A stretch of 64,000 nt of DNA from Eledone cirrhosa (taxonomy: Eukaryota): positions 93,124,001 to 93,188,000 of the forward strand of contig OZ024745.1 of the NCBI GenBank assembly GCA_964016885.1. The letters are read 5' to 3'. The notes beneath the pieces were generated by a model. That model had not been told where the DNA came from and did not search any database. It was given only the letters and a program-made list of their open reading frames with translations. The position numbers and the translations under genes are program-made. Positions 50,915 through 63,900 of this stretch are shown piece after piece (position 1 is the stretch's first letter; each line of letters opens with the position of its first letter).

Positions 50915-50948
<34 letters not shown>

Positions 50949-50953
<5 letters not shown>

Positions 50954-51253
50954 ATATAGAAACACACAGATACATGTGAACACATACATATACATGAATA
51001 TATCCACATATATCTTTGAATTTGTGGTGCCAACCTCAACCGTTGTTGCTCTATGAATAACTGGGACAAAATAATCCGAATGGATTAGATTGATTCAGTA
51101 TCAGAGCTATATAATACATTATAAAGAAAGATTTGTCCCAGTTATTCATAGAGCAACAATGGTTGAGGTTGGCACCACAAATTCAGGGATATATGTGGAT
51201 ATATTCATGTATATGTATGTGTTCGCATGTATCTGTGTATTTCTTTATATTGT
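50949..51253. repeat. 122-bp inverted repeat with a 61-bp spacer
   Basis: Arms 50949-51070 and 51132-51253; 6 mismatches by manual comparison. Confidence 0.93.
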
Positions 51254-51378
51254 TTATAACTCCCTATGGTAGAGTAACCATTGAAGTGTAGTGACTGCTG
51301 GATAGCTATCATTACTCAAACTTCTCGCCATCCTAGCCATCTCTTCTACGGATGTGTTTTGAAACTCTAAATGAGGTA

Positions 51379-51471
51379 TCCTCTTGATAAGTCGGCAAAC
51401 CTCACAAAAATACTGTATCTCTGTGATGTAGTGTTTTTGCATAATATGCCACGAAACTACGTAGTCGAGGA
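51379..51471 (+). ncRNA. Type I hammerhead ribozyme, U3-A8 core variant, palindromic stem III
   Basis: Stem I TCCTC/GAGGA; core TTGATAA 51384-51390; stem II GT(C)GGCA/TGCCAC with inner hairpin CAAAAATACTGTATC/GATGTAGTGTTTTTG; GAAA 51453-56; palindrome ACTACGTAGT; GUC triplet ending at 51466. Confidence 0.82.
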
Positions 51472-51539
51472 GTAATGAAGAAATTTGGGTATGGTATATC
51501 TTATTAATTATATCTAATGTTTCTTCTTTCTTTATAATG

Positions 51540-51543
<4 letters not shown>

Positions 51544-51600
<57 letters not shown>
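51544..51600. repeat. (TA)n microsatellite
   Basis: Directly visible; other TA runs at ~50605-50631, 50918-50948, 32521-32558 and 32846-32898. Confidence 0.95.
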
Positions 51601-51606
<6 letters not shown>

Positions 51607-54600
51607 AGTTTTAGCTGTACACAGCAAGTACTATTCGATTTGTTTGAGGCAATCACAAAGCACTCAATGGAGCGAAATTTAAAAAAACATTAGGTCTAGA
51701 GTAAATATAAGAGTTATAAAGTGTGATACGAAGAAAACTGACTGAAGGCACTGGTCATACATATATCAAAGGCGATGACACAAGACCATGACCTCTGGTG
51801 TCATGCAGTAATACAGAAGACCCGACTTCCTACAGGAACAAGCCGACGCTGAAGCATATAGACAATATGCCACCCCCCACCCCCCCCCTGCAAAGTGGTC
51901 GTGGAGGTGTCACAACAAAAAAGCACCCAGCCTTCACTGTAAAATGGTCATTTAGGTGCCATGATAAAAAAGCACCCAGCACTCACTGTAAATGAGGTTG
52001 GTGTTAGAAAGGGCATCCAGTTGTAGAAATCAAGCCAGAATCAGTTCCCGTATGAGCAAGACAAGGTCACCCGACTTAACATCATCCACAACAGGACAAC
52101 CCGTCTAACCCATGCTAGCGTAGAAGAATGGATGTAAAACGGTGATGATAATGATATAATGCATGTGTGTCTTTGGCAGGTTTATTTTGAGATCTCGCAC
52201 AGATATAGATGTTGCTGCATTTGAGTCCTGTTGGTCATTGATCTTATATACTTCCTAAATATCTTCTTTTTTCGATCTATCTGGTGTCAGATAATCACAC
52301 CAATTACCTGAGTTTTTATGAAAAGAAGAATCCATTGAGTTTGAGTTGAGGCCAGAAGAGATTGACATCTTATTCCAACAGAAGATTGTTATTACTGCAC
52401 CAATAGAAGTTGAATTTAGTTTTGCAGGCTAATAAACTACTTGTAACAATTTACAATAGTGTTACTGCTTATAGCAGTGAGATGTTCCTATGTTGCACTA
52501 CCTATTTATAGCTATATGCAATATTAAGGTTGAGTATTTTAAGCAACAAATGAGGGAACCTCTATGTGGTCTTTCGACTTGCAAGAAACAGCAGATAAAT
52601 TATTCTCAAATCACATCCTACTATGGTTAACCCTCTAGCATTTATATTACTCTATATTTACTATTATATTTCTCGTACATAATTATCTCACATAATATTG
52701 AATCTATGAGATTTTGATGTTATTTATTTTGAGAACAATACCTTAACATCAGTATGAGCAGCCAGTTATGGCTGGTTTGAACAGAAAGAGGTGAGAGAAT
52801 TCTGGCCGGATATTTATTTTGAGCACTATACCTTAACATCAGTATGAGCGGCCAGTTACGGCTGGTTTGAACACAAAGAGGTGAGAGAATTCTGGCTGGA
52901 TATGGCCGGTTTAGATATTAAAGGGTTAAAAAATAAAAGGACAGGATGGCCACAGCTGGAATAGCTTGACTACAACTCTGATTTACAATACCTTAAATGG
53001 AGCTAGACAACAACACAGTACTAATGTTACAATATGAACATGGAGGTGAGCATTCATGTTTTCTTATTTAACATTAATCACTATAAAACTCTTTATTTTG
53101 TCTCTTTTTATTGTTAATCAAAGACTTGTTGTACATATGCAAATTTGAATTCTGTACAAGGAAAGCATTAATTGAATATTTTGTTGATATTTCTATATCT
53201 AGATTTTTTTAATGAGACACCATAAATTTTTTGTGAGAGATATATAGTCAAACAAATGGCTGGGAGGATCTTTCAGTCATGTCAAGGACATGACAGCCTT
53301 TCTAGTGTTAGTGATCTACATGAGAAATGCACCCAGTACCCACTGTAGAGTAATGGTTAGTGATAGGAAGGGCATCCAGCCATAGAAAGCTTGCTAAACA
53401 AAAGGTTAGGGTGACCCTTCTGTTGTGTCAGAGACATGATAACCTTTCCTATGTACTCAGTGGAATGTAAGAGAGATGCAGACACAATAGGTTGTCGTGG
53501 AGGTTAGTAGCCCCACTTCAGTTCTTGCTTGGTCTAAGCAGTCCTGTCCAACCCTTGCTAGCAGGGAAAGCAGACATGGTGATGATGAAGCAGATATGGT
53601 GATGATGATTATGATGAGTTGTGGTGGGGAGTCTTAATAAAAAGTATTCCCTTCAGGGAACTTGCAAACTCTGGAAGTATTGTTTTTATACACTACATAG
53701 ACAGGCAACATGACAAGTAGTTTGTTAGCCAACATTTTGTGTTGTTTCATAAAGATTAAGAATTTTGTATTGTTTGTGAAGGAAGTATTGAGTATTGCGT
53801 GTTAGTTTTGTGGTCTATTTTGGATACAAATGGTTGCCAGCTTTTGTTTAACCCTTTAGCATTTACATTACTCTATATTTACTATTGCATTTTTGCAGCA
53901 AAGGCTTTATCTCACATAATTACTTCACATACTATTGAATCTATGAGATTTTGATGTTATTCATTTTGAGAACAATACCTTAACATCATTATGAGGGGAT
54001 GGTTACTGCCGGTTTGAACAGAAAGAGAATTCTGGCCGGATACTATGGACAGAAATTCATGGAGAGCAACTGTGAGACATTGCCTGGTGCTGCCTACCTC
54101 GGAGTCTGGGAGAACTGCAGCACCCTAAAGACCAAAACTGGATATGGATGGATGGATACGGCTGTTTTAAATACTAAAGGGCTAATGCATAGAGTTAGGG
54201 ACCTTTACATTCTGAGTTCAAATCCCACTAAGGTTATCTTAACCTTTCATCCTTACGAGGTCAATAAAATAAAGCACCAGTAACGTACTGGGGTCGATTT
54301 AATCAATTTTCCCGTCCCCTCAAATTACTGGCCTTGTGCCTATACTAGAAATCATTCTTTGGTTGAATGAAAGGGCAGTGGATTGGCAGTATCGGTATCA
54401 CATCAAACGCCATGCTTTGCAGCTGAGTTATGGCCCTTTATGTTCTGAGTTCAAATCCCGCCGAGGTTATCTTTGCCTTTCATCCTTACGGTGGTTTACA
54501 CTGGCGTAATTGCTAACCTTGTGCCCAAAATAGAAACAATTAATTATAAAATAGTTGAATATGTTGAATAAAGTACCTTTGGAAATGAAGAAAAAATGAC

Positions 54601-56049
54601 AGAGATACCTGCAGGAATTTAACTATATATCTATCATTTATCAATCTCCACAAGTATTTCTGTCCACCATTGTTTCATCTTCAAGTATAATTTACTTGGA
54701 TAATTTATTTGACTATTTTATAGTTATCCTTTAACATTTACATTACTCTATACTTACTCTTGTATTTTCACAATAATCTTAATTATCTTAAATAATTATC
54801 TCACATAATATCGAATCTATGAGATTTTGATATTATTTATTTTGAGAACAATACCTTAACATAAGTAGGAGTGGCCATTTACAACCAGTTTGAACAGAAA
54901 GAGATGAGAGAATTCTGGCCAGTTTAAATACTAAAGTGTTAATATATGAATTGTAGCAGATTTCTATAGTAAAAGCAAAACAAATTTCAAATTTTCAAAC
55001 CTAATTTCTTCATAAACTTATTGATTTACTTATATTTTGTCTTTTATTCATACATTTCAATCAATATATTATTCGATCATCTTTAGGTAGGTTAAGTTTG
55101 TATTTATACATACATAGCTGTGAGGGTTAAAATGTTTACTTTGCAACTCCTTGTTTTCGGGTTCAATCTCACTGCATATTTCCTTGATAAAAGCTTTATC
55201 TTACATAATTATCTCACATAATATCGAATCTACGAGATTCATCCTTACAGGATCGATAAAATAGAGTACCAGTAATGCACTGGCCTTCTGCCAAAAGTAT
55301 AAACAATTATTTTGTTGAATGTCTGTACTGCTGCTAGTTATTGATGTGGTCAGAAAAGATCTGACATATTGTTTTGGTAGAGTGGCTGAAGTACCTAGAT
55401 GCCCTGAATAGAAAGTGATTTATAGGGAATAGTTACTGTAGTTGAATTGGTGAGAGGTGTGTGTGGGTGTTTGCATGTGTGTGTGTGTGTGCTTGCATGT
55501 GTGTGTGTGTTACAATGTAAAGGAAGTTTAGTTGTAATCCATTGTTAACTGTTCTTTTTTGAAAACCAGGATACATTGAGCGCATTGATGGATGCTAACA
55601 GGGAGAATGGATGTTAAATGATGATAATGGTGATGATGGTGATAAATTATCTAAAATATGTCACAACAGGTTCATTCAATTCCAAGTTTTATTAGTAAAT
55701 TCGAATTAACTCACTAACCCAGCATACTAAAAATGTTTAATAAATATTGATTTAGTTTGATTAGATTAAATATAAGACAAAATTTTGCAGAAGATAATAA
55801 TAATGGTTTCTTATATAGGCACAAGGCCAGCAATTTTGGGGGTGGGGAAAATCGATTAAATCGACCCCAGTATGTTACTTCTACTTTATTTTATCGACCC
55901 AGTAAGGTTGAAAGGCAAAGTTACCCTCGGTGGGATTTGAACTCAGAATGGCAAGGGCGTAACTCTATGCTGTAAAGAATAGCGTCCAACCCTCTACAAA
56001 TACTGCCAATCCACCACCATAATGATAATAATAATAATAATGATAATAA

Positions 56050-59000
56050 TAATAATGCTTTCTTTATTTTAATAATGATTTCTTTATTGGCCACAAGGGC
56101 TGACATCAAGAAAAACATTGCAGAGGGTACAGGACGGTATGATGTGGGTTTTGTGCGTGTAAATATTTTTATTATTTATATAAGAAAAGAAAAAAAAAGA
56201 CATAGAAGGATATATATATATATAAACAATAAAAATGAAAATTGAAACAATGAAAAATTCCCCAATAGGGGGGAAACCTCCGAGGGTTACTCGTGGCGAA
56301 AACCACACAAAAGATCACGGCCACCCTGACCACCAGGGCAAGCGCCCTCTCTCAATTTTTCCATCTATCAAACTACAGACGTATATTGTCCACCACACAT
56401 CTCTTTCGCCATGGTCACCAGGCAGATGAAAACCGCCTGCCCTTCCTCCTCGAAGGAAGACGATGAGACCATCTGCACAATGGACTCAGTCGATAACCGG
56501 ATCAGTCCTACACACGACAGCAACTGTTCGACATAGCTCCACAAGTCAGCAATGCTCGGGCACTGAACGAGTGCATGCACAAATGTTTCGTCGCTCTGCG
56601 CGCATCTCGGACAGGCTTGGCTGACGGCACTTCCGTACCTGTAGAGCTTATCTTGAACCGGCAGCGCTCCCCGGTAGCACTGCCAGGCCAGGGATTTTTG
56701 AAAGTTATCCATAGGCCCTGGGCTGAAAGTTCTACGGAATAGAGCAAACAGCTGATCTTCTTCGAGGCCCAGGATCTCTCCGAGAACGTCGTCGCTCTTC
56801 CCTTCCACTAGTCCTCTATAGAATGCCAAGGTGGATGTTCCACCGATACTGGTGCCCAGCTGGCAGAGGGCAGTGAGCGCCTGGAGACATTCCAGTTTCC
56901 AAGCGCTATCCCTCGGTCTTTTCCTGACCCAGCACTGCAGCTCCGCCAAGGAGACGAGCTGTCGGAAAACGTGCCTGGCGAACGGCGACCACACCTGTTC
57001 ACCGACAAGGAAGCACCAGAGATGCTGCAGCCTCAGCGCATGTTTGCGCATCATCAGGCATGGCATGCCCAGTCCTCCACGCAACGGGTGTTGACAGCAG
57101 ATGGATTGTCTGACCATGGGAGCGCGTCCCTTCCACAAAAAGCGGAAGAGGAGGCGCTCCATTTTGGTGAGAGTTGGGCTGGGGCAATGGTCGACGGTGA
57201 GGCGGTAGCAGATGACGGATGCGATGTACGCATTCGCCACCTCCGCCCGGCCTTTCAGGGACAGCCTCCTCTCGGCCCATTTCTGGGTGAGGGAGGCCAC
57301 CTTGCTCGTCACCTCGTTCCAGTTTTTCTCCATCTGGAGGTCCGGTCTGAACCAGACCCCGAGCAATTTAACTGGTCCATCTGTCCAATGCCCCATGTCG
57401 CCGTCGGATGGCATGGACTTGTCTCTTCAGGTGCCGAGCTGCAAGCCCACCAACTTTTCCTGGTATATCTTTGCCCCTGTCACCGCTTCGTATTCCTTGA
57501 GAGTGGTGCTGAGCATCTGGACGTGTCTGGTGCTCGACACCACCACGGTGACGTCGTCGGCGTAAGCCGACTCGGATTTCCTGCATCCTAGTTCGCGTGG
57601 GACGCCCCTCATCACTCCCAGTTTGTGCAGTAAACGGCTCGAGAGCCAATACATACAAGAGGGACGAGAGGGGACAACCCTGGCGGACCGAGTGCATGAT
57701 GCTGAATGGCTGTGACAGGTGACCATTCACCCTCACAACTGAGCAGATGTCGCTGTACATTGCAGCGATCCAACCCCTGAAAACGGGCCCGAAACCGGCT
57801 GCCTCGAGGACCGCCGCCAGGTACCGATGGTCGACCCTATCGAATGCTTTGGATTGATCCAAGTTGATCAGGGCCCCACCCGTGCCAGGTTCCTTAACCA
57901 CCCTCTCTACGATGTATCGCATGAGGTGGATGTTGTCGTGTATGGATCTGTCCGGAATGGCGCATGTCTGCGCCTCTCCCACCAGACCCTTGACGACAAG
58001 CGCCAACCTCGTTGCTAACACCTTGGCCAAAATCTTGAACTCTGTGTTTAGCAGGGTTATGGGCCTGAAATTATCAATAACATCCCCCTTGTTCAGGTCT
58101 TTTCTCAGCAGCGCCACCGCTCCCCGGCTCACAAAATTGGGAATGCTCTCATTCTGCTGCCAGTTTCAGTAGACGTCTGCCAAGAGGTCACCGAACAAGT
58201 CTGGCATAAATGTATAAAGCTCGTAGGGCAGACCATCCAAACCTGGCGATTTACCCCTCGTGCAGTTAGCCATCGCTTCCCGTATTTCACCGGCTGTTAT
58301 TGGCTTTTTGCAACACTGTTCTGTGGTCGTCAAGAACCGAGGCAGTCTGTCGAGGTATGCACTGAAGTTCATGCCCCGATCCGGCCTGCCGCTGCTCCCG
58401 AACAGTTCAGCAAAGTGCTGCTGAAAAGCTTCACACATCTGCTCGGGTTCGAGCAACACGCGCTCGTTTTGGTCAGATAAAGACCGAATTGTGGCTTTGT
58501 TTCCACGTCGCGCCTCTGCCACCTGGGCCCATTGGACGGCTTTTGTCCCCTCGTGTTTCAGAGCATGCGCTCTAGCTCTGACAACGCAACCTTCGTGTTT
58601 TGCGTTGAAGAATTGGTCGAGTGCCAAATATCGCCGCAAGCACGTCGGTTGCGATGCCTGTCCTAAACACCTCTTCTAGCTTTCTGACTCGCTCTCCCTC
58701 TACTCTATTTTCCTCTATCACTACTCCTTTGCTAAACCTAATCGACTCTACTTTAATTGCCCTTTTCAGGGTGAACCACCACCTGTTGTTGTTGACCGCT
58801 CCCGTCAACGCCCGCTTAACTAATACTCTAATCCGGTCTCTGTAGGGTTTGCGTGCCGGGAAAGACGCATTCAGCTTCCTGTAACCGGGCCCTTGTCTAT
58901 GAAGTCTGTCTATGTCGATCTAACAGATCACAAATTTGTGGTCTGTGTAGTCGACTATTTTAAATTGGGGACAACTTATACTAGCCTTATCTAGTTCTCT

Positions 59001-60932
59001 GCAGAATACCCTATCGAGATACGATCTAGATGACCCAATGCAGTTTGTCCATGTCCACATTGGCACATTCGGGTGATCCAGTCGATACCTGTCAGACAGT
59101 TCAAAACGTTTGAGCAGGTTGGTGAGGCTCTTGCACCCTCCTCCCCTATCCAGTAGCCCCACACAATCCCAGCGTGCATCCAAGATACCGTTCCAGTCGC
59201 CCACTAACACTAAAGAGCAGGACGTTCCAAGAAAGGTCTCTAGACGTCTGAAGAAATCTGGCCGTCCTGCCCCTGTTGGGGCGTAGACAGCTACTAGCTT
59301 GAAAGCATTGCCTTCGCTGCCGGTCATGTCCAGCACCACCGACTTACCTTCTGGGTCCCGGAAGATGGCCCGTATAGCGAGATCCAAGCCTCTCCAAAAA
59401 AGGATAGCAACCCCTCCCCCCGATCCTGGATGGCTGGAAGATCTGTATACATCGTAGCCACCGAAGATCGGTGCGAAGGCTTGTGCTTCAGAGATTCTGG
59501 TCTCGCTGATGGCCACCACATCTATGTTTAGTGACCTGAGGTCGTTGAGCAGGTGACCCTGCTTCCAAGATGACCCCAGCCCACGTGCATTAATACTGCC
59601 TATACTGAGTATGGCCATGTTGGATGAGAAACAGGGCAAGTGAGAAAGGGTCACAGTAGAACCGTCCCTTTGGCTGGTCATGGGTGTTTCCAAGAGGATG
59701 TCGGTGTATATCCTCTTGGTAACCGACCCTCTGAAGTCTCCAACTGCGTTGGGAATTTTTGTTTTAAAGGTTTGTACTGTTCTATTGAGATTTCAATGAT
59801 GCTTATGTTTGTCGGGAGAGTTCTTGGTGTTGGTGGGGTGTAGTAGTTTTTTTCTGTGATGTCTGTGTGCTGCTTTATATATTGTATCAGTTCTTTTTTT
59901 GCCATGTTTATGGCTGTGTACTTTTTTGGGGGGGAGGCGTGATTTTGTTGCTGTTTTCTTCTTGTTGCTGTTTGGTGTGTGTGTCTTGTTGTGTTTGTGT
60001 TGTTGGTGTCTTTGGTGATGCCGATGGTGGTGTGGTTGTTGTTGGCAGTGGTGCTTGTGGTGGTGATGATGATGGTGGTGGTGTTGCTGCAAGTTTCCTT
60101 GCTGCCTTTACCCCTCTTTTTTTACTTTTGGAGGGTGAATCTAAGGGTCTTTTTGTTTTTTTGTTTTTTGTGGCAACCGTTTGCCACTTCACTCCCGCCT
60201 CAAACTCCATGTCAGATTCCGTGGCGTCTGGGAGGGGTATGTGCTCCACGGCTGTTGGTGGTGGTAGTGGATCCCTCTCCGGCAATTTTGTTGCTGGTGC
60301 AGCTACTTCAAGTGTAGCTATTGGTGTTGGCGCCACTGATGCTGCTGCTTTAGTTGTCCGTGGCCTTGGTATGGGTGCCACGGACGTTGCCCTCCTACTC
60401 ACCATGGAAGGGGCTTCTGCGTTTGTTGCCTGCTCTGCTCTTGGTAGCAGCAGACCAGGTATTGGAAGGAGAGGGGCCCTCTTCGCTGTCTTCTGCGGCC
60501 AAAAGGCCCTGAGGTGACCCTTCGACCCACAGAGATAACATTTTGGCCGTCTTCCTTCTACACTTATAGGGAGTTGGAATCCTTCCTCAATGTCTATGAT
60601 ATCGGGGATAGCGTCAATACATTCCTGGTCAGTTTGTATAAGCATTTGCATGCCTATACCTGACCAGTTCTCTCTCCCTATTTTCTGTACTTGCAGCATG
60701 GTCGTCCTGTCCTCAATTCCAGCAAGGACAGACGCGGCCAGCCAAGGTATAGGCACGTCGGGTGGGACCTGGGTCACTTTGACCCTCACAATTTTCTGCC
60801 CGCAGTAGGAGGGCACCAAGACTATCTCCTCACTCTTTAGGGTTTCCAAAGAGTGAGACTTCGCTTCTTGGGGGGTGACGAAAAGTACGTCTACTGTGGC
60901 ATACTTTTTGCCTCGGGTGATGTGGGTTTTGC
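56050..60932 (-). mobile_element. Tx1/L1-clade LINE copy A (ORF1 + disrupted ORF2)
   Basis: ORF1 with knuckle KCYLCGSKGH and a P/T/Q-rich tail; ORF2 APE (SINARGL, ISETR, VYAP, GDWN, SYLDRVF, TDH), RT (SPGLDG, FRPITLLN, DQSKAFDRVDH, RQGCPLS, YADD) and C-terminal CPRC...HALVQC; AATAAA near the 3' end. Confidence 0.92.
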
Positions 60933-63900
60933 TGCTTTCTTTATTAACCACAAGGGTTTACACAAAGTAGACATTAAGGACAGTACAGGACAATACAGGA
61001 CGGTACAAATGGGCATTTCTGCATGTAAAAAAACAAAAAACAGAGGATGTAACAAAAAAAAGAAACAATGAAAAATTCCCCAATAGGGGGGAGACTTCCG
61101 AGGGACATTCGTGGAGAAAGTCCATTAAAAAAAAGCCACGGTGACCCTGACCACCAGGGCAAGTGCCCTCTCCCAGTTTTCCACCTTCAATTTACAGACA
61201 CATACTCAGAGTAGGCCCATTCACACGGGCCATTCTTGCTTCTCTCACCCATCTTTCAACAAAATGCTGGAAAGAGAGCACTTACCTCTCTACCCTGATT
61301 TTCCTTTTTAAATGAAATTTGAAAAAGAGCATCACCGAAGAGGTAAGTGCTCGTCTTCAGCCCCTTCAAATGCGTCCACCACACTATCTCTTTCGCCATG
61401 GCCACCAGACAGATAAAAATTGCCTGCCCTTCCCGGCTAAAGGAAGAGGGCGGCACAACCCTCACGATGGACTCAGCTAATAGCTGGATCCGTCCTACAC
61501 ACAACAGCAGGTGTTTGACATAAACTAAACAAGTCAGCAATGCTCAGACACTGGACGAGTGCGTGCAGGACAGTTTCGTCACCCTGCGTGCATCTCGGAC
61601 ATGCGTGTATCTCGGACATAGGCCCCAGCCCGAAAGTTCTTCCAAAGAGATTGGCTAGTTGATTTTCGGAGACGCCTAGAGTTTCCCCAAGTATGTCGTC
61701 GCTCTTCCCCTCCACTAATCCTCTATAGAACGCCAAGGTGGAGTTTCCACCAATCACATTGCCCGATTGGTCAAGGGCTGTGAGCGCCTGAAGACATTCC
61801 AGTCTCCAAGCGCTCCCTCTCGGTCTTCGCTTGACCCAGGACTACAGCTCCGTCAAGGAGACGAGCTGGGGAAAGACGCGTCTAGCAAATGGCGACCACA
61901 CCTGATCACCATCGAGGAGGAGGTGGAGATGCCGTAGCCTGAGCGCGTGTCTGCGCATCATCAGCCACGGCATGCCCAGCCCTCCATGTAGCGGATGTTG
62001 ACAGCAGATAGACCACCTGACCATCGGAGCGCGTCCCTTCCACAAAAAGCGAAAGAGCAAATGCTCCAGCGCAGTCAGGCGAGGCTTAGGACAAAGCACA
62101 ACGGTGTACGCATTTGCCACCTCTGCTTGACCTTTCAGGGATAACTTCCTCTCTGCCCATTTCTGGGTGAGAGAAGCCACCCTGCTCGTCACCTCGTCTC
62201 AGTTTTTGTCCGTCTGGAGATCCGGACCGAACCAGACTCCTAGCAATTTAACTGGTCTGTCCGTCCAGCACCCGACGACGCTGTTGGACGACATGGACCT
62301 GCCTCTCCAGGTGCCAAGCTGCAGGCCCACTGACTTTTCCTGGTTGATCATTGCTCCTGTCACAGCTTCGTATTCTCTTAGTGTAGTGCTGATCGCCTCG
62401 ATGTGTTTGGCGTTCGACACCACTGCGGTGACATCGTCCGCATATGCTGACACGGATCTTCCACATCCTAGTTTGTGTGGGCCCCCCCTCAACGTTTCCA
62501 GTTTGTACAGTAATGGCTCGATAGTGAATACGTACAAGAGGGACGAGAGAGGACATCCTTGGAGGACCGAGCGCATGATGTTGAATGGTTCTGAAAGGTG
62601 ACAATTCACTCTCACCACAGAGCAGATGTCGCTGCTGTGCATGGCAGCGATCCAGCCTCTGAAGACGGGCCCAAAGCCAGCCGCCCTCGGGACTGCTGCC
62701 AGATAACGATGGTCGACCCTATCGAAAGCTTTCGACTGATCTAAATTGATCAAGGACCCACCTGTGCCAGGTTCCCTAGCTACTCTCTGCATGATGTATC
62801 GCATGAGGTGGGGGTTGTCGTGGATGGATCTGTCTGAAATGGAGCATGTCTGCGCCTCTCCCACCAGACCACCAACGACAAGCGCCAACCTCTTTGCTAG
62901 CACCTTGGCCAAAATCTTGAACTCTGTGTTTAGCAGAGTTATGGGCCTGAAATTATCTATGTTATCCCCCTTGTTCGGATCCTTTCTCAGCAGCACTACC
63001 ATTCCTCGGCTCACAGAGCTGGGAATTCTCCCGTTCTGTTGCCAGTTGCAGTAGACGTCCGCCAAGAGGCCTCCGAACAAGTCTGGCATCTGTACATAAA
63101 GTTCATAGAGCAGACCATCCAAACCAGGCAATTTACCCCTTGTGCAGCCAGTCATTGCCTCCCGTACTTCAGCGGCTGTTATCGGCTTTTCGCAACACTC
63201 CGCCTCAGTGGCCGAGAGCCACGGCAGTCCGTCACGGTAGGCACTAAAGTCCATCCCTCGACCCGGCCCACCGCTGCCCCCGAATAGCTGAGCGAAGTGT
63301 TGCTAAAAAGCTTCACACATTTGTTCGGGATCGAGTAGCATGCTCCCGTCATGGTCCACCAAATACTGGATCGTGGCTTTGTTGCCACGGCGCGCCTCCG
63401 CCACTCGGGCCCATTGAACGGCTTTCGTCCCCTCATGTCTGAGAGCACGCACCCTATCTCTGACAATGCAACCTTCGTGCTTTGCATTGAAGAATTGGTC
63501 AAGGGCCAATTTTGCTGCAAGTACGTCGGTGGCGATGCCTTTACTAAGCGCCTCGTCTAATTTTCTAACTAGTTCTCCCTCTGCTCTATTTTTCTCTATT
63601 GCTAAAGCCTTACTAAACATAATGGACTCTATTCTAATCACTCTTTTCAGAGCAAACCCCCATTTGTTGTTGACGATGGCGCCCGCCAACACCTGCTTAA
63701 CTAATTCGCTAATCCTGTCTCTGTAGGCCTTGCGCGCTGTTAACGACGCGTTTAGCTTCCAGTAGCCAGGTCCTTGTCTATGAAGCCTATCTAAGTTAAC
63801 CTCACAGATCACGAATTGGTGGTCCAGGTAGTCGACTATTTTGAAATATAGACAGCCTATGCTAGACCTATCTATTTCCCTACAAAATACCCTATCTAGA

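Noticed and set aside
52320-52432. Short protein-like frame (EFELRPEEIDILFQQKIVITAPIEVEFSFAG)
   Set aside because: No convincing splice sites or recognisable domain; at most a decayed transposase remnant.
59867-60517. 216-aa plus-strand ORF and other antisense ORFs over LINEs
   Set aside because: Shadow frames of Tx1/RTE coding strands with no independent motifs.
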